Below, one piece after another: positions 38,430 to 52,016 of a DNA stretch of 64,000 nucleotides (position 1 is the stretch's first letter; the number at the start of each line of letters is the position of its first letter). Both the position numbers and the translations under genes were made by a program. The DNA is taken from positions 277,078,001 through 277,142,000 of the forward strand of contig OZ024740.1 in assembly GCA_964016885.1 (NCBI GenBank). The letters are read 5' to 3'. The notes beneath the pieces are model-generated. The model saw only the letters and a program-made list of their open reading frames with translations. It was not told where the DNA came from and did not search any database. The DNA comes from Eledone cirrhosa. Lineage: Eukaryota.

Positions 38430-38925
38430 TATTTCTCCTGTTTCTTATTTTTTTAGGGGGGGGGGCGTATTTTAATGAGATGGGCGACTCAATTACTCTA
38501 TTACTCTCTGACATGTTTCAGCCGAGGTGTTGTCATTTCGGTGATGTGTGCATGAAATGATGCATTATTGTTAATGTCAATACCCAGGTCCCGTATTGGT
38601 TTTGACTATGGGATTTCCATTCCTCCTGGTCCAGTGTTCCTTTGTACTGGCTGTCTTATGTTCGTGGGTTGATAGCTGAGGGCTTGAAACTTACCTGCAT
38701 TAAATTGCATATTGTTGTTTTCAGCCCATCCGTATACGGCATTTAAATCTAGTTGTAAGAGAGTATCAGCCTTCGGTTTCTTGACCTCTTATGCTACTTT
38801 CAGCATAATTTGTGAGGGATGCTGTCCACATTAGAGAGTGCATGTCTGAGAGAGCCGCTACAAGCAGTAGTGGCCCCAAGACATTTCCCTGGGGCACGCC
38901 GCTTGTTATTGACGTTTTTGCTAAT
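38430..38925 (-). pseudogene. CR1/L2-like LINE RT fragment
   Basis: Minus strand ITSGVPQGNVLGPLL and LQLDLNAVYGWAENNNMQFNAGKFQ. Confidence 0.8.
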
Positions 38926-38994
38926 GTTTGTTTGCATGTTTTTTTTAGAAGGATTGGACCCTAGGTGATTGCAGGATGTAGCCTTTCTCTAGAT

Positions 38995-39315
38995 CAGAGG
39001 TGTACCGCTCACCTCATGTCCACGTAATACCCTCAGCGCCCCAACCTTATTTCCAGAGAGACCTGCCTACACGCAAATTGTAAATAATATATAATAAATA
39101 AAATCGTTAATTTCTATATAATATAATACTATGTATAAATAAATATTAAATATTCTTTATTTTACTATATTTATATATAATATGTATCATTTGATATTTA
39201 ATATACTATTCTATCATCCCTACCATCACAACGGCCCCCTTAGGCCTCATTGCCCACGTGAACTTTCTCAAGCCCCCTCTCGCGGGGGCAGTAGCGCCCA
39301 CGTTGTAACCCTCTG
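38995..39315. mobile_element. hAT-type non-autonomous DNA transposon
   Basis: Termini CAGAGG.../...CCTCTG with 8-bp TSD CTCTAGAT at 38987-38994 and 39316-39323. Confidence 0.85.
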
Positions 39316-39402
39316 CTCTAGATGTATATGGTAGGGCCTCTGACACAACGTAGGTATATCCGGTTCGAGGACGGGTTCAGCTCAATACCAATTCAGTGCC
39401 TT

Positions 39403-39437
<35 letters not shown>

Positions 39438-39889
39438 AAAATCTGAGGTTATTTCCCCCTGTGATTTCCCCATGTGGTTTAACTTGCGTCTGTGTCACTC
39501 ACATATTTGGTACGGAGCAAAATACCTCTTGATAACGTGATATTCCTTGTTCGATCATTATAACCAAAGTTTATATTTTTAAGCAGACAGTATTTTGATT
39601 TAGGTGTCATTGAAACCCTGCATTGGATTTTATCAGCAATTCCGAGGGTCCAGGTCTGGTTTTATCATTTATTTTTTATCATTTATTTTGTTTTGACCTG
39701 TTTAGCTTGATTTGCTTTTTGGCTTCGGTGGTTAATGCTTTCTTGAGCACTTTTTCAGTTTTGTATGGGTTCTTAACACATTGTTTAGCTCTGGTTTTTA
39801 ACTATGGAGCACTTTGCCAGTGTCATCTCTGATTTTTGCGTTTCGTTTCGCCTTTCCGACCCGCCGAAATGCGATTCTCGCTGAATCTA

Positions 39890-39969
<80 letters not shown>

Positions 39970-40240
39970 CATGCTCTACATGGCTGAATACAATAAATGT
40001 AATCTGAGTTTTTCGAATATTAATAATAACATTCGATTCGTTTGCAATTATGCAAACAATCCTCATTTTTAAAGCCATGTCAGTAGAATGAACACTTCAT
40101 TCTTGCTCTTGTGTTGGCATGTAAACAAAACTGCAGACACTAATGTTTCTGGGTATCACCCTTCATCAATACAGCTTACTATTCACCTTTGCAGTTCTGT
40201 TTACATGCCAACACAAGAGCAAGAATGAAGGGTTCATTCA
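39970..40240. repeat. Second copy of the 1485-2100 fold-back element (internally deleted)
   Basis: catggctgaatacaataaatgtaa.ctgag...cagacactaatgtttctgggtatcacc...gcagttctgtttacatgccaacacaagagcaagaatga. Confidence 0.8.
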
Positions 40241-40364
40241 TACTTTATTATTAATCTCCCCTAAGGTTGAGATAACTTTTGGTCGTTTGAACTGCTGCTA
40301 TTTCTAGTCCGCCCTGCCTTTTGTGATTTGAACTCGGGAATTTTATATTCTCCGAGTCATAAAA

Positions 40365-40448
40365 GCCTTCTGACGAAAGTCCCTTTCTCAAGGGAATTCC
40401 GCTTGGATTATCTGTTTATTTTGGGATTTGAAACCGCGTGGTAAAGGC
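40365..40448 (+). ncRNA. Type I hammerhead ribozyme (orphan)
   Basis: gcctt-CTGACGA-aagtccc...gggattt-GAAA-ccgcgtgg-TA-aaggc. Confidence 0.82.
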
Positions 40449-40507
40449 ACATATAGGAAGTACAGCGAAAATTTATTTTAAAACTTTTTCTCTATTTGCT
40501 AAACCTG

Positions 40508-40569
<62 letters not shown>

Positions 40570-40573
<4 letters not shown>

Positions 40574-40741
40574 CAACTCAGGACCCTGAACAGCTGTTTC
40601 AACAGGTAGATCCGAACCTAGCTGTCGAAACAGCCGGAGCTCAGCCGTCGGGGTCCTGAATCTTTTTATATTACCTACTCTACTACCCCAATTATCGAGT
40701 ACTCTGGTGGGTTATGGTCTACCTGGTTTTTACCACCCCTA

Positions 40742-40746
<5 letters not shown>
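40570..40746. repeat. Fold-back mini-element family H, diverged copy 5
   Basis: gaaacagccggagctcagccgtcggggtc...gagtactctggtgggttatggtctacctgg; short inverted left arm. Confidence 0.7.
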
Positions 40747-40777
<31 letters not shown>

Positions 40778-42314
40778 TTATGTGTGTATGTATGTGTGTG
40801 TGTCTCTATATATATATATACTTGTGTATATATGTGAATATTGTGTGTAGGTGTGTGTATATATATATATATATATGTATGTATATACATTTGTGTAGTG
40901 GTTGTGTTGGATGTTTATTTTTAATTAGTGTACATGTATGTTTGAGAAATATATAAAAAAATAATCCGTATGCGTGTAGCTGTTTGTGTGTGTTTGTGAG
41001 CGCCTGCACGGTATTTATGAATTTGATCTCAGTCTTGTATTTGTATAGAGAGAAACAACCTATAAATGCACGCATTCGCATGACGAAGTGTATAACATAT
41101 AATACATAAACGCAACAGCAATCTGACGCATAAACTTGTACATGTATATATACACATACTCCTAAGTATTTACACTGAAAATTATAGAACGTATATGTCT
41201 ACACATATAGGAACACACGCATGCACGCACGTACGCACGCACGCAAGTACCACCACAAACTTGCCCAGGCATGCAGAAACGCACGTATGCACTAACTTCG
41301 ACTATCGTGCGATGATTTTCTTTCTCGTTGCTCAGTCATAGACACTCATACATGCACACATAAATACACCAGAAATAAATACAGACAAATAGATACACAC
41401 ACACAAACAAAAAAAGTAAAAAATATGCTAGAACCGTGCTGCTAATTAAATGAATTATGAACGATCTCTCGTAGCTTTAATTAGCGGGATAATAACAGGC
41501 AGATTATAAAAATCAGTGTCTCGCAACCATTGTTTTGTCAATAAACAATAGCAACAATAGCAACTAAACGATCAACAAACTCAAAACGCAATAACAACAA
41601 CAGCAAAATGTAGCAACAATATTGATTTTGATTGACTAGATTTAAGGTCAAATTTTGGCAAGGGGAAATAATAACTGATCGAATCGATCAAAGAAGTTTT
41701 TTTATTTTTTTATTTTTGCTCTTTTTGTATTGATACACATTGAACCCAGAATGGATGAAATTAGACTGTATAAGATATAGAATTAACACCAATATAGCTA
41801 CATACTTAATACAATATGACTGAAATGAAAATTCCTCGGTAGGGCGGGGCGATCTTCATATTAAATATACATTTGAAATATAATGAATTAAAAAAATTAA
41901 GATTACATGTGTATACACAGCGAGAGTGTGTTGAAGAGTTTGTAGCCTGAATATGAAGGAGTGATACTAGAGCTGTGAAATCCTACATGCATTAATTTCA
42001 ACTCTTCTTATTAAGTGCATTGTTTTTTTTTCCAGGGACTATGATGAAAAATAAACCTCATCTGGTCATTGCATGAGAGTATCTCAGCCGCAGACAAAAT
42101 TTCTCTCTGTGGGATGTTTATGCTCTAAAACAGCGACCAGATGCGATAACTACAGTCATAGAAGCTCATCGAAATCTTTGAACAATAAAGATGATACACG
42201 TAAGAATAGATCTCTTTAAACCAATTGATGAATACAACGAACTTGTAAGAAAAGCTTGTTCATATCAGATAGCAAGAGCTAGAACCAACCAATGTATTTA
42301 CAGATGTCGAGTGA

Positions 42315-42520
42315 ATTGAGTGGCATTTATTATGACCATGCGTTGTGGTATATAGTTACGGCCCTTTATGTTCTGAGTTCATATCCCACCAAGGTTAGCT
42401 TTGCCTTTCATCCTTACAGGGTCGATAAAATGAGGCACCAGTAATGCACTGGTGTGATTTAATCGACTTTACCCTTCCCAAATATTGCTGTTCCTGTGCT
42501 TAAATTAGAAATCATTAATT
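42315..42520 (+). mobile_element. tRNA-SINE
   Basis: gttctgagttcatatcccacc...gcctttcatccttacagggtcgataaaatgaggcaccag. Confidence 0.75.
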
Positions 42521-42776
42521 ATAGATATCAACAATAAGGTTGAGTGAAATATCGCTGGAAGTATCCAAGATACTAAATACGCATACGATACGGTTTCAGA
42601 TATGTAATTTTAATCATTTTAAAGCGTACATTAATTAAGGTTATCTAAAAGAATCCAGGAAAGTTGACTCTAGTATGATCAGCCCTAATCTCAGTTAATC
42701 ATCAAGGAAATCCTTTGGAGTAATTTTTGCTGCTGAGTTCTGAGTTGAAATAGAATTCAAATAAATTCAAATAAAA

Positions 42777-42843
<67 letters not shown>

Positions 42844-43217
42844 GTTCCTTCTTTCTCTCTCAATTTCTCTCTACCTATCTTTCACTCTATATTTGTATAT
42901 GTGTGTGTGTAAGAGAGAAACAGAGTCGTTCAGAATCGGCTACACTACGCCAAGAGACCTGGAGCAAGGAACCTCTTATAGAAATGGGGAACGTTTGAGC
43001 TAGCGGGTAGCTGCCTATTCTCATCTAGCGTATTAACAAAATTGGCCTGAGAAACTATCGAACATGATGGTCGTAGGAGGGCCGATGTGCTTTGCGTCAT
43101 CGAACGAATTGTACATATATGTAGATTATTATAAAAGGCACAGAAACATATGTTAAAGCCAATAAATTCTTCTACTATCTCCTCTCGCCGAAGTCTATAT
43201 TGTTAATTTGTTTATAT

Positions 43218-43298
<81 letters not shown>

Positions 43299-43496
43299 AA
43301 ATAGTAGAACTCGTGTGTTACCTTTCTACATTCGATATATATATATATATATGCTAAGGGATATTTAATTTGTTGGTAATTCAACAAATATATTTATAAC
43401 AGATTCGAAGCACTCGACAAGTTTTCTGGAGTATAATATCAATGATATTAATAAAAGGAAACTATTTTTATAAAACCATATTTATTCTATTATATA

Positions 43497-43820
43497 CTAG
43501 CAGTGGTACCCTGCGTTGCACGCAATAAGGTATTTTGGAACACGAGCCGCCAACAGACTGAATCGTGGAAAAACTACATGCCTGGATATCATGTAAAGAA
43601 AATAAACCGAATACTCTGATGGCTGGATAATATTTAAGATTTTCCTCGATGAAGCAGGAAAAATGCAGGTTTTCACGTAGGGGATCAAGAAAATAAATTT
43701 CTTTTATGTGCATAATATGCCTTGAAATTTCTGGAAAATCGGCTAGACGTAACGTCTCAAAAAAGCCCTAAAAAGCTGAAAAATGAAGTTTTTCACCTAA
43801 TGCGGGCCCAGGGCCTTAAA
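43497..43820 (-). mobile_element. Helitron-like element copy between two opposed PLE pLTR fragments
   Basis: Homologous to 18470-18665; ends ...cgtgcaacgcagggtaccactgCTAG|T on the minus strand. Confidence 0.7.
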
Positions 43821-43869
43821 AAAGTTAGATTTTCTTTGCTCACGGTATGAAGAAGAGACAATATTTATT

Positions 43870-44088
43870 TATAAAACTGATCTATATTATATTTTACCTG
43901 ATGAAAGCGCACCATAATTTGACTTGGTGTCCTTGAAATATGTATAATGAAATAAATATGGTTTTATAAATATAGTTTCCATTTGTTAATATATCGTATT
44001 TTTACTCCAATAATTTGTTGAGTGCTTTATATCAGTTACAAAAAATATTTGCTTGTTTTATCCCAACAATTTAAATAGAACTTCTACA
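43870..44088 (+). mobile_element. Solo pLTR of the 2326/21657 family with HHR at 43891-43953; opposed fragment at 43355-43496
   Basis: attttac-CTGATGA-aagcgcacca..tggtgtcctt-GAAA-tatgta-TA-atgaaat. Confidence 0.75.
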
Positions 44089-44383
44089 TATATATATATA
44101 TATATATACTAGTATAATATCTCCAAAATGGCCGATTGAATACGTACGTGGTTGTTTTATTCCCCTCATATTTTCCCGATCCTTCCTGTTCTCACTCTTT
44201 ATATATATATAAAATATTTACATTTTTTTCAAGAGTTAAACTAATATATTTCTTCTTCATTGTACTGTGTTGTGGCTTTGTTATTTCTGTTTACTTTTTT
44301 ACATACACGTACTAATATATATATATATATATTGATACCATCAACACTATACACACAGAGCTGGCATATCTAAGAACTGACTA

Positions 44384-44439
44384 ACTGCCTGATGAGGTCA
44401 TTGCCATTCAATGGCTATCAGGGAAATATATATAGCAGT
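44384..44439 (+). ncRNA. Type I hammerhead ribozyme (orphan)
   Basis: actgc-CTGATGA-(gccat/atggc hairpin, weak base)-GAAA-tatata-TA-gcagt, followed by AATAAA. Confidence 0.68.
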
Positions 44440-44480
44440 AAATAAAGGATTATGAGTTCATGCAATTGACTTATGTTTCG

Positions 44481-44594
<114 letters not shown>

Positions 44595-45217
44595 GAGGAG
44601 GAGGAGGAGGGGGAGGTGGTAATGGAGACAGCAAATCAAGATAACACTTTAATGACAACATTGAATTATGCCAAAAATTCCAATAATGACGGTAACAACA
44701 ACGATAACATTATCAGACATTAAATCCAGGGTTGCTGATGCTGCAGAGGGAGGAGAACAGCAACACCAACACCACGAACATCACTGAATAACATCATCCA
44801 CACACTTTCACAACTGTAACAACCGACCAACAAGGAAAAGAAATACCTACATTCCTCCATGACCTGTTAGAAATATGAGTCTGAAATGTTATTCTACTGT
44901 CTTAAAATATGAAAGACATATTGGACAATATTATCCATGATATACTGTGTATGATAAACCTACTGAATAATCACAACCCACATGCATTGAATTGAAGCTG
45001 ATTGATCGTGCCTGATTTAGCTAAACTGATCTAGGTTGGAAACAAACCTAGTTGTTGTGCTAAGCACATCTCAGCAATGGTGTGCACCCCTCTATTTATC
45101 AATTGACTAAATCACAAGACATTACCACATAGTAAGTGCTGAATGTGGATATAATAAACACAAGTTTCTTGGCTTCCAGCTCATCTCCCAATCCTAACCT
45201 TGTTGCTGTGACGTTTT

Positions 45218-45266
<49 letters not shown>

Positions 45267-45644
45267 ACAGTTCCACTAACATAGCCCGATTCATAGTAAA
45301 AGTGTATACAAGGGTATATACGATATGTTAATATCTAAAAAAAAACATCCATATGTCTCGCTCTATATATTTTAAGCTGTGATCATGTCCAACCTATCTC
45401 AGTGCCCGTGTGAGAACGCTAGACAAATATCTCTAGAGTTTTAGCCGTCATAGGTGACTTCTACTCATACGCTACTGAGACGAGAATAATATGTAGCTTA
45501 TATGCTTTTTGTGTATAAAATATCCGCTGGGAATGTACATTCGTTTATAATGTCTTCTGATTAAAATGATTATAATGCATATCTGAATCCGTATCGTATG
45601 CGCATTTAGCATGTTGGATACGTTCGTGCCGATATTCATAATTA

Positions 45645-45860
45645 ATGGTTTCTGATTTAGGCGCAAGGGCAACAATTTTAGAGGAGGGGAACGTCGATTT
45701 AATCCACCACAGTGAGTGACTGGTACTTTACTTTATCGACCCTGTAAGGATGAAAGGCAAAGCTACCCTCAGCGGGATTTGAAATCAGTGCGTAAATGGA
45801 TGTAACTATGTGCCGTGAAAACCATATTGCCCTACGCTCTACTGATACTGCCAATCCGTA
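45645..45860 (-). mobile_element. tRNA-SINE
   Basis: Family consensus, reverse strand. Confidence 0.75.
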
Positions 45861-46199
45861 ATACGAGCTTGGCCGGCTTTGATTAATTAGCTTGATTCAT
45901 AACATAATTCACAACCCGAAGCATCATGATAGTGTATGACACGGTTGTACCTTTCAATTACATTCCCTGTTCCCTTGCTGGTCTTTCCCTATAGTTTTTG
46001 TTAACGAAATTTCCCTCTCATCAACTGGTATTCTTCTTGATGTCGAGTACACTCGCCGTGCACCAGGCCTAGAGCCTATCACCCTTCCTCCCCCTCCCAT
46101 TATTCTGTGATCCTAGAGTTCTTGCATTTCTTTTCCTTTTCCGTTTTCATAACCACGAAAGAAACTTGCATTTTTTTCAATAAAACCTTTTTAGATGTT

Positions 46200-46820
46200 G
46201 TGAGATCGAATACTTGCGTTCATAATTGCGGGTCAAACACCTTAACTACAATATTGCATAACCTAGTCATAATTACTTTAACTGCACTCTGCCAGAGCCT
46301 CATTCACCTTCCCTCCAGTTTCAAATTTGATGGTCAGGGCTAGAATGATTTTGGACATCGATCTAATAATCACTGATGACTGATCTGTGCCTAAACAATA
46401 ACAATAATGGATGGTAATGGTAGTGGTGAATGTGCAGAAGTTTTGAGTTGTGGCACCATATTTATAGATGTTGTAGTTGGTAGACGTGGTCTTTTTTTTT
46501 TTTTGTTTAGATAGAGTTCAAACTTGACCAAGGAGTTTTAAGATCTTAGGGTATAACTCTATGAGATCGAATACGGGCGTTCATGTTTGCGAAGCAATCA
46601 TCTTAACAACATTGCATAACCTAGCTGTAATTACAATAACTGTACTATGCCTGAACTTCATTATTCAATTCCCCTCCAAATTCAAACTGGATGGTCATGG
46701 CTAGAATGATTTTGGTCATCGATCTAATCACTGATGACTGACCTGTGTCTAAACAATAGCAATAATGGCGACGTCAAGAAGTCGGGAAACAAAGAGAAGA
46801 CAGATCAAATGGTGATGTGT
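46200..46820. repeat. Diverged tandem copies of a ~200-270 bp repeat; third copy with shared flanks at 51695-52270
   Basis: tgagatcgaatac..gcgttcat...ggtca.ggctagaatgattttgg.catcgatctaat at 46201, 46562 and 52017. Confidence 0.75.
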
Positions 46821-47216
46821 TATTGACCTTTGTATGGAACTTAACAGGGACAATAATCTAAATGGACATCGTCAGCTTTGGATAAGTATATAGGTGTAAA
46901 AAGTAGTAGTAGTAGTATTGGATTTAGTGGTAGTAGTATTAATAGTATTAATAATAATAATGAGTTCATTTATTGGCCACAAGGGGCGACATATAGGGGA
47001 CAATACAAAAGACTGAGACAGTGGGGTTTTACAGCAAAATCGAGTAAACAATATGAATAACAATAACAAAGTAACAATAAAATTACAACAAGAACAAATT
47101 CCCCAATAGGGGGGATGACCACTCAGGGTTCGCTCAGGTACCCCACCAATCCTGAACGACCCGACGGTTCGAGAGCACCCTGGAAAGGCACCCCTCTCCT
47201 CATCAAATTTACCTAC

Positions 47217-50200
47217 CTACAGCCGCATGACCAGAGTAGGCCCACTCACACGAGCCATGTTCGCTACATTCACCCACCTTTCAGCAAATGTACTGGGGGG
47301 GGGCACTTCTCTCTCCACCCTCACCTTTCTTTCCAAGTGAAACTTGAAAAGGTTGATGAGGGATTGGCCGAAGAGAAAAGTGTCTGTTTTCAGTCCTTTC
47401 AACCTCGTCCACCATGCAACCTCTTTCGCTACTGCCACCAGACAGAGGAAAATTGCCTGCCCTTCCTGGCCGAAAGAAGGCGGCGGGTCGATCTTCACTA
47501 TGGACTCGGCCGATAGCCGGATCCGTTCTACACGCGACAACAGCTGTTCAACATAACTCCACAAGTCAGTAATGCACGGACACTGGACGAGTGCGTGCAG
47601 AACGGTTTCGTCGCTCTGCGCGCATCTCGGACAGGTCCGTCTTATAGCACTTCCGTGCCTGTAGAGTTTATCTCGAACCGGCAGTGCCCCCCGGTAGCAC
47701 TGCCAAGCGAGGGATTTTTGGAAATTATCCATCGTCCCCGGCTCGAAAGTCCTCCAGTACAGACTGGTTAGTTCGACTTCGTTGACTCCCAGAGCCTCTC
47801 CGAGTGCGTCGTCGCACTTGCCCACCACTAATCCTCTATAGAACTCGAGAGTGGAAGTTCCACTGACCGCATTTCCCGCCTGGTAGAGGGCAGTGCGTGT
47901 CTGACAACATTCCAGATGCCAGTCACCCAGTCTCGGTCTCTTCTTGACCCAGGACTGCAGCTCAGTCAAAGAAACGAGCTGCGGAAAGGCCCGTCTGACA
48001 AAGGGCGACACACCTGTTCACCGTTTAGGTAGAATATCTGGAGATGCCGCAGCCTCAGCGCGTGCCTGCGCATCATTAGCCACGGCATGCTCAGCGCTCC
48101 ACATAGAGGGTGCTGGTAGCAGATGGACCGCCTCACCAGCGGAACCTGACCCCTCCACAAGAATTTGAAGAGGAGCAGATCCAAGATGGCGAGGCGCGAA
48201 CGGGGGCAAGGGACGACGGTCAGACGGTAGTAGATGACGGACGCGATGTATGCGTTCGCCACCTCCGCCCAACCTTTCAGTGATAGCTTCATTCCAGCTC
48301 ATTTCTGGGTGAGCTGGCTACACTGCCCGTCACCTCGTCCCAATTCTTATCCACCTGGAGGTCTGGCCCGAACCAAACCCCGAGTAACTTTACCGGTCCG
48401 TCCGTCCAGCGCCTAACGACGCTGTTGGACGGCATGGACTTGCCTCTCCAGGTGACGAGTTGCAATCCCACTGACTTTTCCGGGTTAAGTTTTGCTCCCG
48501 TCAACCTTTCATATTCCTCCAATAAGTTGCCGACCACCTCGATTTCTGAGGTGTCCGACACCATCACGGTGATGTCGTCCGCATAAGCCGACACAGCATT
48601 TCCGCGTCCCGGTTCGAGCGGGATGCCCTGCAACAGCTCCAGCTTCCGCAGTAAAGGCTCGAGAGTCAATACGTACAGAAGGGAGGAGAGAGGGTACCCT
48701 TGACGGACCGATCAGGAGACCTGAAACGGTTCCGAGAGGTGACCATTCATTTTGACCATCGAGCAGGTGCCGCTGTGTATTGCAGCGATCCAGCTTCTGA
48801 AGACGGGGCCGAAGCCAGCCGCTTTGAGGACAGCCTCCAGGTACCGATGGTCGACCCTATCGAATGCTTTCGATTGATCTAAATTGATCAGAGCCCCACC
48901 GAAGCCAGGTTTACACCCTACCCTCTCTATGGTGTATCGCATTAGGTGGAGGTTGTAGTGTATGGACCTGGTTGGGATTGCGCAAGTTTGCGCCTCCCCA
49001 ACCAAATCCCCGACGACAAGCGCCAACCTCTTCGCTAACACCCAGGCCAAAATCTTAAACTCTGTGTTGAGCAGAGTTATGGGCCTGAAATTGTCTAATG
49101 TGTCCCTCTTGTTCTCGTCTTTCCTTATCAGCGTAACTACGCCTCGGCTCACAGAACTGGGAATACTCCCGTTTTGCTGCCAGTTGCAGTAGAGGGCTTC
49201 GAGGAGATTGGAGAACAAGTCTGGCATATTTATGTAAAGCTCGTAGGGCAGACCATCCAAACCGGGTGACTTGCGCATCATGCAGCTGACAAGGGCATCC
49301 TGAATCTCGGCTGAAGTAATTGGCCTTTCGCAGCGCCCAGCGTCAGCTGTCGAGAGTTGCGGCAAGATCGAGGTAGGGAGTAAAGTCCGCCACCATCTCT
49401 GACCCGCCACTTCCCCCGAACAACCGAGCAAAATGTTGGCGAAAGGCCTCACACATCCGCTTGGAATCGCTCAGCTCGAGTCTGTCTCGGTCCGTCAAAG
49501 ACCGAATCGTGGTTTTATTACCACGCTCCGGATCTGCCACGCGGGCCCATCGAACAGCTTTGGTTCCCTCGTTTCTCAGAGCACGCGCCTTAGCTCTGAC
49601 AATGTAACCTTCGTGTTTCGCATTGAAGAAATGGTCTAATGCCATTCTCGCCGCTAGCACGTCAGTTACAATGCCACTACCAATAGCCTCGTCTAATTTA
49701 TCTACCAACTCCCCCTCCTTTCTATTTTTCTCTAACGCTACTTCTTTGCTAAACTCTATCGACATTACTCTAATCTCTCTTTTGAGAGCCCCCCTCCCCA
49801 CCATCGATTGTTGACGACGCCCCCTGTCAACTTTTTCTTAACTACGTTGTTGACCTGGTCCCTGTAAGCCTTACGTGCCGGAAATGACATGTTTAGCTTC
49901 CAGTAACCAGGTCCTAACCTACGCGGCTTATCTAGGTCGACCATACAGATCACAAACTTGTGATCTGAATAGGCGACTGTCTCAAAACGTAGACAGCCTT
50001 ACACTATTTCTGTCTATTTTCCTAATGAATAATCTGTCTATATACGATCTAGATGATCCTATGCGGTTAGTCCAGGTCCACACTGGCGCATTAGGGAAAT
50101 CTAGTCGGTACCTGTCAGACAGTTGGAACTGGCTGATCAGGTTCTTGAGGCTTTTGCACCCCCCGCTCCTATCGGCTACTCCCACACAGTCCCAGCGTGC

Positions 50201-50641
50201 GTCTAAGATGCCGTTCCAGTCCCCCGCTAACAGTAAAGGGCGAGACGTACCCAGAAAGGCTTCCAGGCGTCTAAAGAAGTCCGGCCGTCCTGCCCCAGTA
50301 GGAGCATAGACGGCCACCAGTCTAAAGGCACCACCTTCGTTATTGTTCACGTCCAGGACCACCAACTTCCCGTCCAGGTCCTGGAAGATCACCTTATCTC
50401 GAGAGTCAGGCCTTTCCTAAACAGCACTGCCACCCCCGCTTCCCATTCCCGGCCGGCTAACAGATGCAAAGATCTGATAGTCGTCGAAAATGGGGGCTAG
50501 TGCGCGCGTGTCGGAAATTCTGGTTTCGCTGACGGCAATTACATCCATTTCTAGAGACCTGAGGTCGTTGAGCAGGTGACCCTGCTTCCAGGACGATCCC
50601 AGGCCTCGAACATTTAAACATCCTACTCTTAACACGGCCAT
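47217..50641 (-). pseudogene. Frameshifted ORF2 (APE endonuclease + RT + CCHC)
   Basis: CLNVRGL, AVSET, VYAP, AGDWN, SYIDR, YWKLN, KSPGLDGLPYE, FRPITLLN, LDQSKAFDRVDH, AYADD, CPRC...H....C over ~7 frames. Confidence 0.92.
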
Positions 50642-50673
50642 GTTGACAAGTTAAAAAGAGAGAGAGAAAAGGT

Positions 50674-51303
50674 TTATTTACCTTCCGGGATCTTGTGAAG
50701 GTCGGGTGGTTCGACCTCCATAGTTGGTGGGGTTTCTTTTGGGAACCCCTTTAAAAGTCTTGAAGTGGGTTTTACGTTCGGGGTTCCCACGTCCCGCGGA
50801 AAGCTGTCTCGTATTTCTTTGTATAAATCGATCGACATTCGCACCAGAACCAAATCTTCCGGCACGCGAAATGTGCTCGATTTAAAAATGTCTCCCTCTT
50901 TTTGTATATTTTCACTTCGTGCTACGAGGGCCATCAGTTCCTTGTTGGCCCTCCTGACCAGCACGAAGTTTTGTATGTTTTGTTGGTGTGATTTTATTTG
51001 TTTGCGTGGCTGTGGTGGTGATGGTTTTGGTGGTGTTGTTTCAGTTGTGTCTGTGTTTGTTGTGAGTGCGGTGTCTGTGGTTTCAGATGTTTGTGTGTAT
51101 ATTTGTTCTTGCGTCTGTTTGGATTGTTTGCGTTTGGGGGATTCTGGTGATGGTGATGGTGGTGGTGATGTTGGTGTTATTGGAGAGATGTTTGCGTGGG
51201 TGGTGTCTGCGTTTTTTATTGTGGGTGATTTTGTGCTTTGTTGAGTTTTTTTTCCTTTTTGTGTTTCCTTTTTTGTATTTTGGGGATTTTGGTTTTCCCT
51301 CAT
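50674..51303 (-). CDS. C-terminal part of LINE ORF1 (truncated)
   Basis: T/P/K-rich 209-aa frame ending ~30 nt before the ORF2 ATG; assigned by position only. Confidence 0.6.
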   Translation of the reverse strand: MRENQNPQNTKKETQKGKKTQQSTKSPTIKNADTTHANISPITPTSPPPSPSPESPKRKQSKQTQEQIYTQTSETTDTALTTNTDTTETTPPKPSPPQPRKQIKSHQQNIQNFVLVRRANKELMALVARSENIQKEGDIFKSSTFRVPEDLVLVRMSIDLYKEIRDSFPRDVGTPNVKPTSRLLKGFPKETPPTMEVEPPDLHKIPEGK

Positions 51304-51330
51304 CTTCAGTATTAGTAGTAATAATAATAA

Positions 51331-51395
<65 letters not shown>

Positions 51396-51441
51396 ATTGT
51401 TGTGGTGGTAGTAGTAGTTGCAGTGGTAGTCGTGGCAGTAG

Positions 51442-51485
<44 letters not shown>

Positions 51486-51827
51486 GGTGCTGCTGCTGCT
51501 GCTGGTGCTGGTGGTGGTGGTATTACTGATGTTGCAGTAGTGGGATGTGATATTTGTTTATTTATTTATATTATTATAATCTTTTTTTTTTTTTATGCAG
51601 GATGGTATTGAAGTTGGTAATGGTTGTGATATTAGTGTTGATCATACTGCAATGTATCGATAGGTGTCCTGATATTGAAGGAGGGGTGGGGGGATGATAG
51701 TGGTGAAGGTGCAGAGGTTTTGAGTGGTGGTACCATATTTATAGATATTGGTGTTGATAGCCGTGGTTTGGTTGTTTAGACGCAGTTGATACCTGATCAA
51801 GCAGACTTATGATCTTTCGGTGTAATA

Positions 51828-52016
51828 GGGCGGTGGATTGGCAGTATCGGTAGAGGGTCGGACGCCATGTTTGCAGCATAGAGTTACAGACATTTACGGT
51901 CTGAATTCAAATACCGCCGAGGTTAACTTTTCCCTTCCTCCTTACGGATCAATAAAATAAAGTACCAGTAATGCACAGGGTAATTGCTGGCCTTGTGCCA
52001 AAAGTAGAAACAATTA
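51828..52016 (+). mobile_element. Full-length tRNA-SINE nested in the 51770-52210 repeat
   Basis: ggcggtggattggcagtatcggtagag...gaattcaaataccg...gccaaaagtagaaacaatt; absent from the paralog at 46550. Confidence 0.85.

Larger units (their letters stand above)
46960..51306 (-). mobile_element. Tx1/L1-clade non-LTR retrotransposon, 5'-truncated in ORF1, in a (TAG/TAA)n tract
   Basis: ORF1 remnant, APE, RT, CCHC, AATAAA-ending 3' UTR; simple repeats at both ends. Confidence 0.92.
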
